DNA of 64,000 nucleotides from Schizochytrium sp. TIO01 (lineage: Eukaryota > Protista > Bigyra: Labyrinthulomycetes): NCBI GenBank assembly GCA_004764695.1, contig SMSO01000032.1, positions 6,232,483-6,296,482 of the forward strand, written 5' to 3'. The position numbers and the translations under genes were made by a program. The notes beneath the pieces are model-generated. The model saw nothing but the letters and a program-made list of their open reading frames with translations. It was not told the DNA's origin and searched no databases. Shown piece by piece: positions 24,537 to 37,425 of this stretch; positions within the stretch are counted from its first letter, which is position 1; every line of letters begins with the position of its first letter.

Positions 24537-24699
24537 ATGTATGTATGTATGTATGTATGTATGTATGTATGTATGTATGTATGTATGTATGTATGTATGT
24601 ATGTATGTATGTATGTATGTATGTATGTATGTATGTATGTATGTATGTATGTATGTATGTATGTATGTATGTATGTATGTATGTATGTATGTATGTATG

Positions 24700-24730
<31 letters not shown>

Positions 24731-24740
24731 GTATGTATGT
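24537..24740 (+). repeat. (ATGT)n microsatellite, ~48 perfect units plus a short imperfect tail
   Basis: Read directly; it is the source of the MYVC/YIHT artefact ORFs. Confidence 0.97.
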
Positions 24741-27700
24741 TCCAACCTACCCGCAAAATCCAGCAAAATCCAGGTTCGCAGCTTCTCCACCTTTGCTCAA
24801 TTCTTTTCAAAGTCCCAAAATAAGCTCCAAGCTCGTCTACCTTAGTCTCAAGCTTCCGTGCACGAGTCTTTTCCAGTCGTTCCTTCACTCCCGCCATCTC
24901 CTCATTCCACGCTACCTTGAAATTCCGTCTGTCTTGCTGCCAAAGCAAAGTGCCCTATTCTTCGCTCGTCGCCCTCCTTCGTCCCAAACCTGTCCGTTAC
25001 GACCTTCTCTTGCCCCGCAGTCCAAAACCCCTCCCTCACGCAAACACTGCAACTCATCAGTGGCAGTGGGGATCGCCGGCCCCCTCACTGACCCTCGCCC
25101 CTCAAATCTGGCCAGAATCAGGTGCGGGGGGACACTAATGGCTAGTCTCAGTGTGGACTACTCCATGGTGTCCTTTGGCCCTCTCGTTCCTGCTGTGCAT
25201 CTTGGTTCCCAGAGGTGCATTGTAGACCTCTGAGTGCCTCTGGGGTAAAACTTTCTGAATGCCGCCTTGTCTGGGGACGAGTTCTTACGCGGTTTAAGAA
25301 AGAATGAGGGTATCAGGGAACTCGTTAATAATCTGTGGCTGGCGGCGGACTGCAAAAAGAAGAAGAGAAAAGAAAGAAGAAGAAGGAGAGGCCTACGAGG
25401 CCTCGGCTTGAGAAACCACGATAGAAAGCGGAGCTCTGGCTGGTCAGGGAGGCAAGAAGCCGCGAAGATAAGCTATGGAAGACAGAGCTTGGGCCAGGCC
25501 TGCAGGCCCAGAGACCGTAGCGATCGCTTGTGAAGCTGGGTGCTTCAACGTGAACTTGGCGGCTTGTGAAAGTCTGTAATCCCAGAGACGCTCGCGGGAC
25601 CGCTTAGATGCGTCTCCACTAAAATTTACCAATAGCGGAGTCTTTTATTGAAAGGACTATAACAACTTTTTCTCATCCTCTTTCTTTTAAGTGTAAAAGT
25701 AATTATTTATATAGCCTATGTCATCGATATTATTTTGGTTTAAAATATTTTGTTGTTTAATTTAAAGAGTTCTTGGGATTATTATTTCCTCCGTAGCCAT
25801 ATCCCTATATTGTTGGAATGTTTCTTCTAACGCATGTTCAGTTTTTCATCATCAAAGCTGCCTTTTTTAAAATTAAAACCAAACTAATAAAATTAACATT
25901 AATTATCGTAAACAAACAAAAAACCAAAATCAGCGCTAATCTCCATCCTCATCGACCCTGCTGCAGCCAGGATGCGGCTTCTCTTGCAGAGGGCGTCGAA
26001 GCTGAAGACTTCTAATCGACTTCCTCTGCTTCTTCTTTCCTCAAGCCTTTTCTTTCTCTCCTATCGCTGGAGACCCCAAAGAGCATGCAATCGAAGCCAA
26101 TTCATAACTCTTCGACTGACTGACTGACTGCCCTTTTCTTTTCGTTCTTTGGCGTCTCTTTCTTCTTCTTCTTCTTCCTCTTTATCGCTATCCGGTCCTA
26201 TCCTTTCTTTCTCGGTGGCGGCAGCGCTGTTCTTGGCTAATTAAGCTTTCAGGGGGAGGACTGACTTGCTGAGTGCGTGAGTGAGTGAGTGAGTGAATGA
26301 CTGCGTGGGAGGTTTTAAGACAGCGACAACGACGAAGAAGAAGAGCAGCAAAGAGAGGGAAGCGATTCCATCAAAGGTCACGAATATGGTGCTGTGTGTT
26401 GCCTGATCTGATCGTTTGTAACTCTGCTCTGCCCAGCTTGGTTTCCTTTGCGTGCTATGCTATGCAATGCTATATATGTTCTTTCTTTCTTATTATTTTG
26501 ATCGCAAAGATTTCCTATAGTGCTTAGGAATAATGCCTTTAGTTTTATTTCTTTCATACTATGTAGTAAGAAATTAAAAATAGAGACCCTCTCAAAGCAA
26601 GGCCGGGATCGCAGTTTTGCGCAAAGTGCGGAATTCTCAGCCCAACCCCCGCGAGATTGCCGCTGTTTCTGGCCTGCCGCTGTTCGATCTTTTTGCCCGC
26701 CGCATGCACGCACTCCAAGGCAACCAAAGAATCAATCATCACCAGTCCTCAACATCGCTGCTGTGTTCACCACGCAAAAAGCCCCAAGCTGGGAACCGGG
26801 CACGTATGTATTCGTTTTCGGTGCTTCAGGTGCAATTGCAATTGTGTTTCGAAAACCCGATGATATTATAGGCCTCTCTCTAATTGGCGCCCCATTTTGT
26901 ATAGACAAAGGCTTTATACGCTGTTCTCATAGGCATATCATATCACGCTCGTGAGAATTCGTCGTCCTACATTGATCTGATTTGATTGCGACTTATTACA
27001 CGCAGACTTCAGATTGTCGGCAGATTATATCAACCCTTCTCCCTGTTATGCGTGCAAGTCGAATCCTGCTTCAGGCTGGAGAACCCGGACGAAGATGACG
27101 CAGAAGAGGAGGGTGGCGCAGCTTAAACTCAAGTCGGTCGTGCTTCGCCAAAGCAACAGTCATTCTGCCCAAAACCACTCTCGTGTTTTCCTGATAAAGT
27201 CAGGGCGTTTTCATAATGTTGTAATCTAATGTGAAGAGCTTCTTCTTCACGGCTTCCAAAGTTCAAAGCAATTGAAAAGCATTGCAGATAGATCGATACA
27301 TAGATACCCCGGATCATTTCGGAGTTATTCATGCTGTGACATCATTTCAGTAATTTGTTTAGCCCAAATAAAACCAACAAATACCATAAACGACTTTCTT
27401 ATCGAAGCAGCAACAAAATCGGAAAAAGCGACTTGGAAAGAAAGAATGCCCAAAAAGACGCCTCTTGATTGCTTTTCCATTTCCATCTTTTAATCCATAT
27501 TCTCAAAACCAAAAAGAAAAGAAAAAGAAAATGAAAAAGAAAAAGAAAAAAGAAAAGAAAGATTTGAAAAAAGAAGTCAATAAACAAAAGATTAATAAAT
27601 AAATTCAGAACCTCTTCTTCTTTGGGCCATTCATCGAACAATGCACAGAAGGTCCTTGCGCAGAGGAAGCGAGGCCTCCTCCGACGCCCTGCGGACACGC

Positions 27701-30700
27701 CATGCCGCTGATCAGCTGGCGATCAGGCCCGGACCCGTCGCCGCCCCCCCTCGTCCATCGCCTCTCGCGTGTGGCGCCCGCCCTTCGAGGTTTCCTTCGC
27801 AGGCCTTCGTTCTTCTTCTTCTTTAGTAGTACTGTAATACGAGGATTCAAACCTTCGCCAATATGGCCAAACGAAGCGAGATAGGTCCATCCACCGGCAC
27901 GCCGGAGCCAAGCGCAGGCGCGGCGCCCTGGCCACGGCGGCGGGACTCCACGACGCCCCCAGCAAGCAAGAGCCGCGTCTGCGGCGCGAGCCTTCGCTCG
28001 GCCTCAGTCGATTTCCTGATCGATCGGTATCATCAAATTTCAAATTACCAGCGCCGCTCGTGGGACGCTCTGCCCGCGTCCCTAGCCTTCGTATAGCACA
28101 AAGACTAGGACTCGTGGGCGAGGAGCAGGCTGCCAAAACGAGGACGAGTTTCCGCGAACCTGGCCGACAATTGGGCCCTCGAGACCTCGCGCAGGAGGGC
28201 GCGGAGAGGGCGAGGGCGCGGAGAGGGGCCCGGAAGCACGCCTTGCCCTTCGCCAGCTCGCGCTCGCTGCGGCGGGTACCGCGGTTTGCGGCGGGGCCGA
28301 AAGTCTCGCCTGCGAGATGCAGGGATGCATGTGGGATGCCGTGCGGCTAGGTGGTCTCCGCGAGCAGCCCGTCGAAGGAAGCGAAGGATGCGGTGAGCGG
28401 TGGAGGAGGAGGGGTTCAAGGTGCGGAGCGAGGCAGTTCCAGAGCTCACCTCCAGCCTTGGCTTCAGCATCGGCGGCGTTGGGGCAAGCAAGATCTTGGA
28501 ATTCGACCCAAGAAATCGGTCCCATGGATGCGTATAAATGTAGGTACAAATCATGCGCAGGTACCTACCCACCTACAAAACTGGCTGGTGTCTGTTTATT
28601 CATTCCAAGCTGCTGTCGTGAGTCGCGATCTTCTCAAGGCCGAGCCGAGCTGAGTTGAGCTGAGCCAAGCCGAGCCGTTCCGCTCTTCGATGCTTCTCGT
28701 GATCTCCGTGGACAACCTCGAGCTGACGAAGCTGGCCTTTGGATTGGTCCATTCATCCATTCTGTTTGTTTGCTTGCTTGCTAGCTCTTCAATCGCATTG
28801 CTCTTCAATCGAAGTCTGCGGACTTGCGTTCATTCGTGCGCAGTTTCACCATATTCAATCTCGCTCGGAGTGCTTGAGTTCGCCCTACATTCTAAAGCCA
28901 AAGGCGGCGCCTGCGATGCAGTGTTTGTGTGCACGATTATGACCGTGGGCATGGCCGTCGTCATCGGAGTCTCCTTCTCTCTCTCTCAACCCACGGAGTT
29001 CTTGGGTCCCAAGAATCATTTCGAATCCCAAGAATGAATGATTCAAAAACAGCCTTTTCTTTTAAAACATGGAAGAAACTTGAAAGAAAACAAACAGGCA
29101 AACAAACAAATAAATAAATATACAAACAAAATGATAAATAAGAGAGAAAGAAAGTGCTGCAGCAGAGCTAACTAGGGCGAGTAGTAGGCCCTAGCTAGCT
29201 ACTTTGTTAATGAAAGGGTAGCAGAATTAAGGCGTAGGAATGACCGAGACAAGATCGTCTTGTGTTTCTTTGTTTACAGCTCTTGTTTGCCTGTTTACCT
29301 GTTCACCAAGCAGAGGTTTATGAACGAATGGACCCTCCATACGCGATGACGGCGAGACGAAATGAGATCAGCTCCGACGAACAGCGCATCGTTTCAGTCA
29401 AAGGCCGCGTCATGGGAGCCATAACAGCGAGAGCCGCAGGAAATTCAAGGTAGTCAGGAGGTTGGCTATTATGATCGATTGCAAATTCGTTTCGGTTCGA
29501 GTGGAAACTCAATTGTTCCTGATCGACACTTCTTTTCTCTTAAAATCACTCTATATTCTAAGACAGACGGCCGCTTAAAAAGGAGCAACAGAAACAGGTT
29601 GTGGCGGCGCTCTCGGATTTCTGTTACTCTGGCCAGGCTGCTCTTGCTGCTTCTGATGAAGTAACTCCCTCGTTGGCTCTCTTTGCACTGCCTTGGCTTT
29701 GCTGTTGCCTTGGCTTTGTACAGAGAGCGGCGGGTTTTGTATCGTGCGTGTGGCGCCGCAGCTCGACTCATGAGTGATCCTGCTAGATCGTCCTGATCGT
29801 TCAGATGCAGGCAGTGAGATCATCCATGGCTTGAAAGTCTGGGATCATGAATTCTTAGCCATCTAAGAATTACATACCAAGAGCTAGCTTGAAACAAAAG
29901 GATACGGTGGACCAGAGAAGAAGTTCTTGAAACTAGCAATAAATGCTGTAGTAGACCCACTCACTTTTATAAAACCTTGTTCGTCTGACTTTTTGCTTCT
30001 GTTTTTGCTTTCCACCCATTCACCTTCTGCCGCCGTGATTATGATAACCACGGTGTAAAACGAGATGCTGACACTATTGATAAAGCAAACTATAATTTAT
30101 ATGTATGCTAATTATGAAAATGCATGTATCAAGATGTGCGTCATGATGCCCAAAATAAATCCCTGGGCCCCTTCGAAGCCACAATTGAAGCTAGTCTGCC
30201 CGAGTGCACAGGATACATGATCTGAGTTTTGCAGCTGCTCCTGCTTCGCATCAAATCTTCGATTCGACCACGGTCATCAACAATCATGATGAGTGGAATC
30301 ATGATCCGTGGCTGGCCTCCGCCGTTCCTGGCGCAACGTTCCCAAAGCAATTGCAATCATTCCCTGTCTTGGGCTGGCCACATCTCGATGGGTCACTGTA
30401 GAAACCAGGCGCCTGTGACCTCATCGACGTCGCTGTGACGCTCCACTCACGTTCGAGGGAGAACTTCCTTTCGTACCCTCTGCAACTCTCACAGTACCCC
30501 CATTTTACATTGCGATGGGCCTCGTTTCCGCCTCTTCCTTTCCCTGCTGTCTTCTTCCTCTTATCTCCGTCTTGGAGCTCTGTTCGCTTCCATGATCATT
30601 CCAATTCATTAAAAACGCAGACTTATTTCCTAAAAAGAAAACGAAGAAGTTTGCATTTTTCATTAGTCGAGAATTCCAACACAAAGATTGTTTGTCGTCC

Positions 30701-32175
30701 TTGTTAAACGATAGGAAGGGTGGCCACGAATGATATGGCATGATATCATATCACATGACATGATATATGATATCATATCCTGAGGATGATATCCAGCGGC
30801 TGCGTGAGTATCCAAGCTCGCGTCTAATCCAAATCAACAAGAAACCAAGCAACTCTAGCTGCATGTCTGTTATTCCTCTCTCTCCGTGCAGCTCCAGAGG
30901 GAATACATTCGTCTTTTTTATATCGACGCTTCAAGCCAGGACGGCGAGGGAGAAAGAAGCTCGTTAAGCAAGCACGGCTGAAGTCAAGTTTCTTTCCTAT
31001 AGTATAGTATAGATGCTACCTATTATATACCTGGCTCGCTAGCTATGACTATCATCGGAAAATCAACGCGATCTTTTGAGTCCGCTTTGGAACACGCAAA
31101 TAGAACGAAGAGAACAGAGCCCAGGGGAAGAGGAGAGAGGGAGAGAGGGAGAGAGAGGGAGAGAGAGGGAGAGAGAGGGAGAGAGGGTGTGTACCGGACC
31201 TGTGAGGGGACGAACAGAGTGAGTCCAACGCCGCAAACTCGTTCAATAAAAACTCGAGCATACCCCCCTGCTGGTCCGACCCAATCAGTTTTCCTTCGAT
31301 GTATCTATCTATGTATCTATGTATCTGTCTCTCTTGTTTTTGGCTTCTAGTTTGACTTGGCTCTTGCTGCCTCGCCTACGAGAAAGAAGGAGGCCGTGAT
31401 ATGCAGGCTCTGGACAGGCGTCTAGAGGAGAAGGAGGCCTTCGGAGCACGGCCCGCAGCGGCCTCTTGCGGAGTACTGACTGCGTTTAAATGGTTTCTTC
31501 TTTTCTTTGGGCGTTTTTTATTCTTTCTCTTAATTTATTCTTTTCTTTTCTTTATTTTAAAGATAAAAAGTAATTCGTCATGTGTTTTCTCTTCAATTCG
31601 TTTCCCCTCCTCCTGTGTAGTGAAGAAGAAGAAGAAGAGACGGCATGTCTATTTTATTTATGTCTCATTATTATAAAATTAAAAATTGATTTTAAAAATT
31701 GATTTTAAAAGAAGAGGCTTTTCTTTTCTCTTATAATCAAGTTGGAATGCGTATCGGGTCAATAGGAAAACTAAGATACAGATTAAAGATCGCCTTGTTC
31801 AAGACCATCACAGTCTCACAATCAAACTATCACAGTAACGACAGCAAGCTTATTAGATTCCAGTGTCCTTTTCGTCAAGTAAACCACAGCAGCATCTTCG
31901 CTCACGATCATCATCACCTCTAAAAGTTCTGGCGCAGTCTTGTGCCCGTGCGGTCATGTCCACCATGCGAGTTTGTTTCTCTTGGTTGGGACTCCTCGCT
32001 TGCATCCTCGAATTTCACATCTCGGCTCCAGCCCTCGATGGTGTTTTCTCGATGACGCATCTTCGCTCAAGTCCCCGCCGGCGAGCGCCTCTATAGATAG
32101 CCTCAAGGCGTCCAGAGCAAAGCCCACCACCATTGCTACTGCTGATGACCACGAAAGAAGTTCATCTATGTATGT

Positions 32176-32176
<1 letters not shown>

Positions 32177-32269
<93 letters not shown>
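32177..32269 (+). repeat. (GCA)31 trinucleotide repeat
   Basis: Perfect run read directly; it is not embedded in a credible CDS. Confidence 0.97.
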
Positions 32270-32272
<3 letters not shown>

Positions 32273-33467
32273 CAAGTATCCATAGCTGTCTCGCGCTTGG
32301 ATTTCAGGATGAACTTCAAGACTCGACGACCGACCATGTGTTAGATTAAAGATGACCCAGGGAGATGCAAAGAGCGGCGCTCTCGAGTCTCGACTTCGAG
32401 GGGACCCTTCTGATCCGGCACTTGCCGCCTACCTACCGCTCACACACAGCCTTCGCAGAGCAGAGCGAGCTCCGTTGGCTCCATCTTCAGCCTCAGACGA
32501 CAGCGACTTGGTTTCTTCCACGCCCCGCGCTGCTGTCAACGATTGATGCTCTGTATCCGCGCTTTCCCTGTCCCTTTCAGCCTCTCCTTCACTTCACTTT
32601 TAACAATTAACGTAAGAATCGCCAAGAAAAGAGGGTTTTGAAATTTGAAATTTGAAATTCGCAAAACGTGGAGAAACAGGGATCGCAGCCGATTCGAACA
32701 GCTTGGCGGCGCGGGAGAAGCCGGCTGGCGGCCAGGAAAGCAAGGCGCGCCTGCCCGGCCTCTCGCTGTCCGTCCTCCTTCGCCCGGCTCTGCTTCGAAC
32801 GGTACGGCGATCAGCACGTACACACACATAAAACCAAAACCAGCCCTTTCAAGAGACTAAGAAGAAGTTAGCGGTATCCTGGAGCGCCATCTTTTCGCAG
32901 ACGAAGCGATCACATCCTTCGCGCTCGCGATGGGCTGCTGCGGAGAGCGCGGCAGAGCTAGCTGTAGCCCGCCCTCGGAGCCGCTCCCGGGCTGCCTCGA
33001 GGCAGAGGAGTCGCTGGAGAAGGTGCTCAAAGATCGAGGGGTCGAGGGAGTGAGGAGGGTTGAGGAACGAGTGACAAATCCTCCTCTGGTTTGTGCCGCC
33101 GCTCAGCTAGGCCCCAAATTCCGCGCAAATTTGCAGACCCGCCGCCGTCAGCCGCGCACCGCGCGAAGAGGCAGCCTGCCGAGCCTCGCCGAGCCAAGCC
33201 TAGCCGCGCCTGGCCGCGATGCCACCGCGCTTGCCATCGATCGCGGTTCTGTCGAGCGGTCCTCTTCGATCGAAGGCGCCACGAATTTCAAATCGAAATT
33301 CGCCTTTCTCTGTTTGCTCTTTCTTCTTATTAGTCCTATGCCTTTTATCAATGCTATCAATGCCATCGAAGCACAAAAGCGCCTCTCTGCGAGTGCTAGC
33401 GGCCTCTTATCCATTCGCCTAGGGGTCAGTCCCTACTGCTGATCCGCTTTCTATCTATCTTTCAAGT

Positions 33468-33498
<31 letters not shown>

Positions 33499-35396
33499 GA
33501 CTCTCGGTACCATATAAGACATGCGTACATACTAAGTAGTCCATAATATTATTCACAGTTCATACCTGTTTGGCCCTTATTTGTGCTGGGACCGACGGCC
33601 ATGGCAAAACACGATCGAATCATTTTATTTGGTTAAAAAAACAAACGAAACAACGAATCGTTCTAAAGTCTGAAAGCGGCCTTCGTATTCGCTGCCTATC
33701 ATGCGACTGATCGAAGGAAACGCTCACTCAGCTCAAGTTCAAAAAAGTACGTAGGTGCGGCGTGGTATCATTTTTTGCTCTATCGTCATCATTTCTAAAC
33801 CATTAAAAGCTAAAGAAAAAGGAGAAAAGAACAGGTAAGAAGCAAGATTTAAAAAACTAAAAAAACAAAACACAAAAACTGTTTGCTCTTACCTGAAGCC
33901 TGAACGATGCAATATTCTGCCTGCAGTGAAGACATATTCGCTCTGTCTAACTCCAGTCCCGACGATCATAATGAGGGAAGGGACACCGAAAGCGGACTCT
34001 TATGGAATTCGATAGGAGGGGATCTAATTTGGTTTATTTGTTTATTTGTATTTATATTTGTATTTGTTATTTTTATTTTTTATTTTTTTTTGTTTGGAGT
34101 TGTTTATTGTTAAGTAACCAACTGTACTCCGTCTCAGCGGAGCATGAAACTGCACAAATCCGCGCAAAGACAGATCTTCTTGAATTCCCAAGCTGCGGCG
34201 GCAACAAATATAGCGGCGACGGCGGCGGCGACGTAAGAGGCGGCTCGAAGCTGCGGAGGGGAGGAGCTCCAATGTCACGCTCGGCTTTATGCATTTATGG
34301 TCGCTCGCGGCGGCGCGAAACGAGGCGAATTCGAGGCCTTGGCCTCGAAATTCGAGGCGCCAGCTGTCCATTTCTTTCTTTCTTTCTTTCTCCTTTCTTT
34401 CTCTATTAATGAATTTTATTAAATTATTTACGGGTGGTTTTTATTTTGTAAAGATAAACACAATCAGAAAACAAACCAAAAGCATCCAAGCTCTGGAACA
34501 CAAAAAACGAAGGCGAAGACAAATCCGCTTGAGCCGATCGCATGATCATGGTAAACAAAGGGGGCGGGGCGACAGGAAGCGCACGAGGCCGCCCAGAGCA
34601 CATGTGAAAAGATCCTAGCAACGGATCGCGATTGGCGGCTTATTTGCTCATTTTGCTCCGCTGTCTGAGCCTTTTCGTTCGACGATGGTTTGGAGAGCCG
34701 CCTATTACTTCTTCGGCTTTTTGAACACATTTATTTTTCTTCTTCTTCTGTAGAACCACCAGAAACTGATAGTATTATTCATTCTTCTTTCGTTCCTAAC
34801 GTTTCAAGCTCTTTAAAAATAAAAAAAATTAAACGAAAAAAGTGCTTTATGAATGGGAATCTGTCTATGCGCCTGACTGACTGACTGACGAACTAACTAT
34901 CCAGAAATAATAAAGCGCTCATGATGGATCCAAAAGTCGAGGCGCCTCATAATACTTAGGCAGGTAGTTGAAAGTATATACTTCTACACAGCACTACCTT
35001 AATCTGTTTTTCCTGCCTCTGTTTCGTGCGAGGTAGTACAGCATCAGTTCGATAGCGGGCATATGCAGGAAACTGTACCAGTGCTGCTGCAGAGGAGGCA
35101 CATACGTAGTTAACCCACTCTTGAGGGGATTTCACTTTCGATGAATGAGTGAATAAAGGAATGAATGACGAAATACAAAAAAATGTTCCCAGCAGGGTAC
35201 CAGTGTGTTTCTGTCCCCTCTGGCCATAGCCTTCCTGCGTCTCGCACTTTTTTTCTTTTTTTTTTTTTTTCTGCTACTCCAGTCATCTTATCTTGGGAAG
35301 GTAGATAAGCAGGCAACTAACTACTTGCCAGGTTCAAAGATGAATGCACACATTACACGCATTGATAGATGCATGCGTACGAGGAAGCTCTTGTTA

Positions 35397-35721
35397 ATTC
35401 AACAATCCACATTCCACATTCCGCATTCAGTATTCAATATTCAATATTCAATATTCAATATTCAATATTGAATATTCAATATTCAATATTCAATATTCAA
35501 CATTCAACATTCAACATTCAACATTCAACATTCAACATTCCACATTCAACATTCAACATTCAACATTCAACATTCCACATTCCGCATTCCGCATTCAGTA
35601 TTCAATATTCAACATCCAATATTCAATATCTAATATTCAACATTCAACATTCAACATTCAACATTCAACATTCAACATTCAACATTCAACAGTCAACATT
35701 CAACATTCAACATTCCACATT
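35397..35721 (+). repeat. 7-bp minisatellite (ATTCAAC/ATTCAAT/ATTCCAC)n
   Basis: About 45 heptamer units with blocks of variants. Confidence 0.93.
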
Positions 35722-36259
35722 CGTGAGCCTATTCATTCAACCGTCTGTCTGCCTATCATAGCGCGCTCTTGATCGCTCTTCCTGGCCTCTGTGCGCCGAC
35801 TCCGAGGATGCGCGAGAGAAAGAAAGAAAGAAAGAAAGAACTTGAAAGAAAGAGAAAGCGAGGAGGAGAGAGGGAAAGAGAGCGTTCTCTTCGGCGGGAC
35901 GCCATAAAGCTGCGTCCCTGAGAGGCAGAGTCCCTGTTTCCTAAAAGCAGAAGTAGTAGTTTTATCAGCACTTAAAAATAAGTTTTAAAATTAAAATAAA
36001 GAACATGAATAGTATGTACGGACGTAGTAACAGGAATGTTCGAAGTTTGGGCAGAAAGGCTTAATTCGCGAACTGCGATTGAGATGGATGATGAGCGTAG
36101 GCGGGAAATGCAGAGGCGTATTGAATTCCTCGCTCATTCGAACTGCCTCAACGCATGCGTGGACAGGTGGAGGCCCTTAAGAAGGTCTCTCGAACCCATG
36201 CATGCTCTGCGATCCCGTCGGTTTGATAATTTGTTTTGTTTTGTTTTCAAGAAGCGAAT

Positions 36260-36260
<1 letters not shown>

Positions 36261-36291
<31 letters not shown>

Positions 36292-36552
36292 GATAGACAG
36301 ATAGATAGATAGATAGATAGATAGGGAGTAAATAGATAGATAGTTAGTATCTCGATACAAAGAAGGAATGCGGAAAGAAGGAAAGAATGGAAGAAATCCA
36401 CAAAGAGAAGCAGAGAAAGAGGATCTCATAGTCGTGAGAAGAGAGAAAGAAATCGATCGATGGATTGAACGAACAGACAGATAGACAGACAGACTGACTG
36501 ACTGACTGACTGATAGATGGATGGATAGACAGATAGATAGATGGATAGATAA
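36261..36552 (+). repeat. Compound (GATA)n/(GACA)n/(GACT)n microsatellite region
   Basis: Read directly; imperfect and interrupted by purine-rich sequence. Confidence 0.85.
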
Positions 36553-36942
36553 GATAATAATACGTGGACAGGGAAAGCAGAGGAACGCGGTGCTTACGCG
36601 CCATCCATCTGCTCTTAGACAGGGAGGAAGACAGGCGGAAAGAAGGAGAAGGATCCCTTTCAAAGGAGACCCTTCGACAATTCGACTTGTTCGAAGAAAG
36701 AAAGAAAGAAAGAAACTAACGAACGAACGAACGAATGAAGAAAGGAACTAACAAACAGAAACTACTAACAAAGCTTTCGAGAAATCCTTTCGATTTCATT
36801 CACTTTGGAAAAACTGGGTTTAGTCATAATTGTCATGAGAGGTAAGAAAGAAAGAGAAACAAAAATGAAGGTGCACTATAATAAGATACTGTATACATAG
36901 ATACATAGATACATAGATACGTCTTTTTCTTTCTCCTCCTTC

Positions 36943-36996
36943 AAAAACAAAAACAAAAACAAAAACAAAAACAAAAACAAAAACAAAAACAAAAAA
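36943..36996 (+). repeat. (AAAAAC)n repeat
   Basis: About 9 units read directly. Confidence 0.9.
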
Positions 36997-37425
36997 ATCT
37001 TTTATAATTTGATAATTTAAAATTTTAAAGTAGACACATGTTTTTTGTTTCAAATAATACTAACAGGTCCCTAACAAGAGTAAGTAAAAGGCACATTCAA
37101 AAGAAAGGGACTCGATAGCACTGAGCGCAAAGAGGGGTATGATGGAAAGATGAGTTTGATTGAGGGTCAGTCCTCCTCAGAGAAAGTCGAAAGCTAAAAA
37201 CGTTTTTAAAAGAAGGGCACAAGAGAGAGAGAGAGAGAGAGAAAGCGAAGAAGCATGAGAGAAAGCGAAGAGACAGAGAGAGAAGAAAGGCAGAACCCCA
37301 ACTGGGCGCGAGCAAACCCCTAACTGAGCAAACAGGTCGCTGAGTGAGAGAGCGATTGACCAGGTCCGCAGCAGGATCTTGCGAAGGAGCAGGAGCAGTA
37401 GGGGAAAGGATTGCAAAGCAAGAGG

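Noticed and set aside
24240-25233. ORFs with MYVC/YIHT repeats
   Set aside because: Translations of the (ATGT)n microsatellite.
29000-29040. TTCGAATCCC resembling a tRNA T-loop
   Set aside because: No cloverleaf, acceptor stem or A-box around it.
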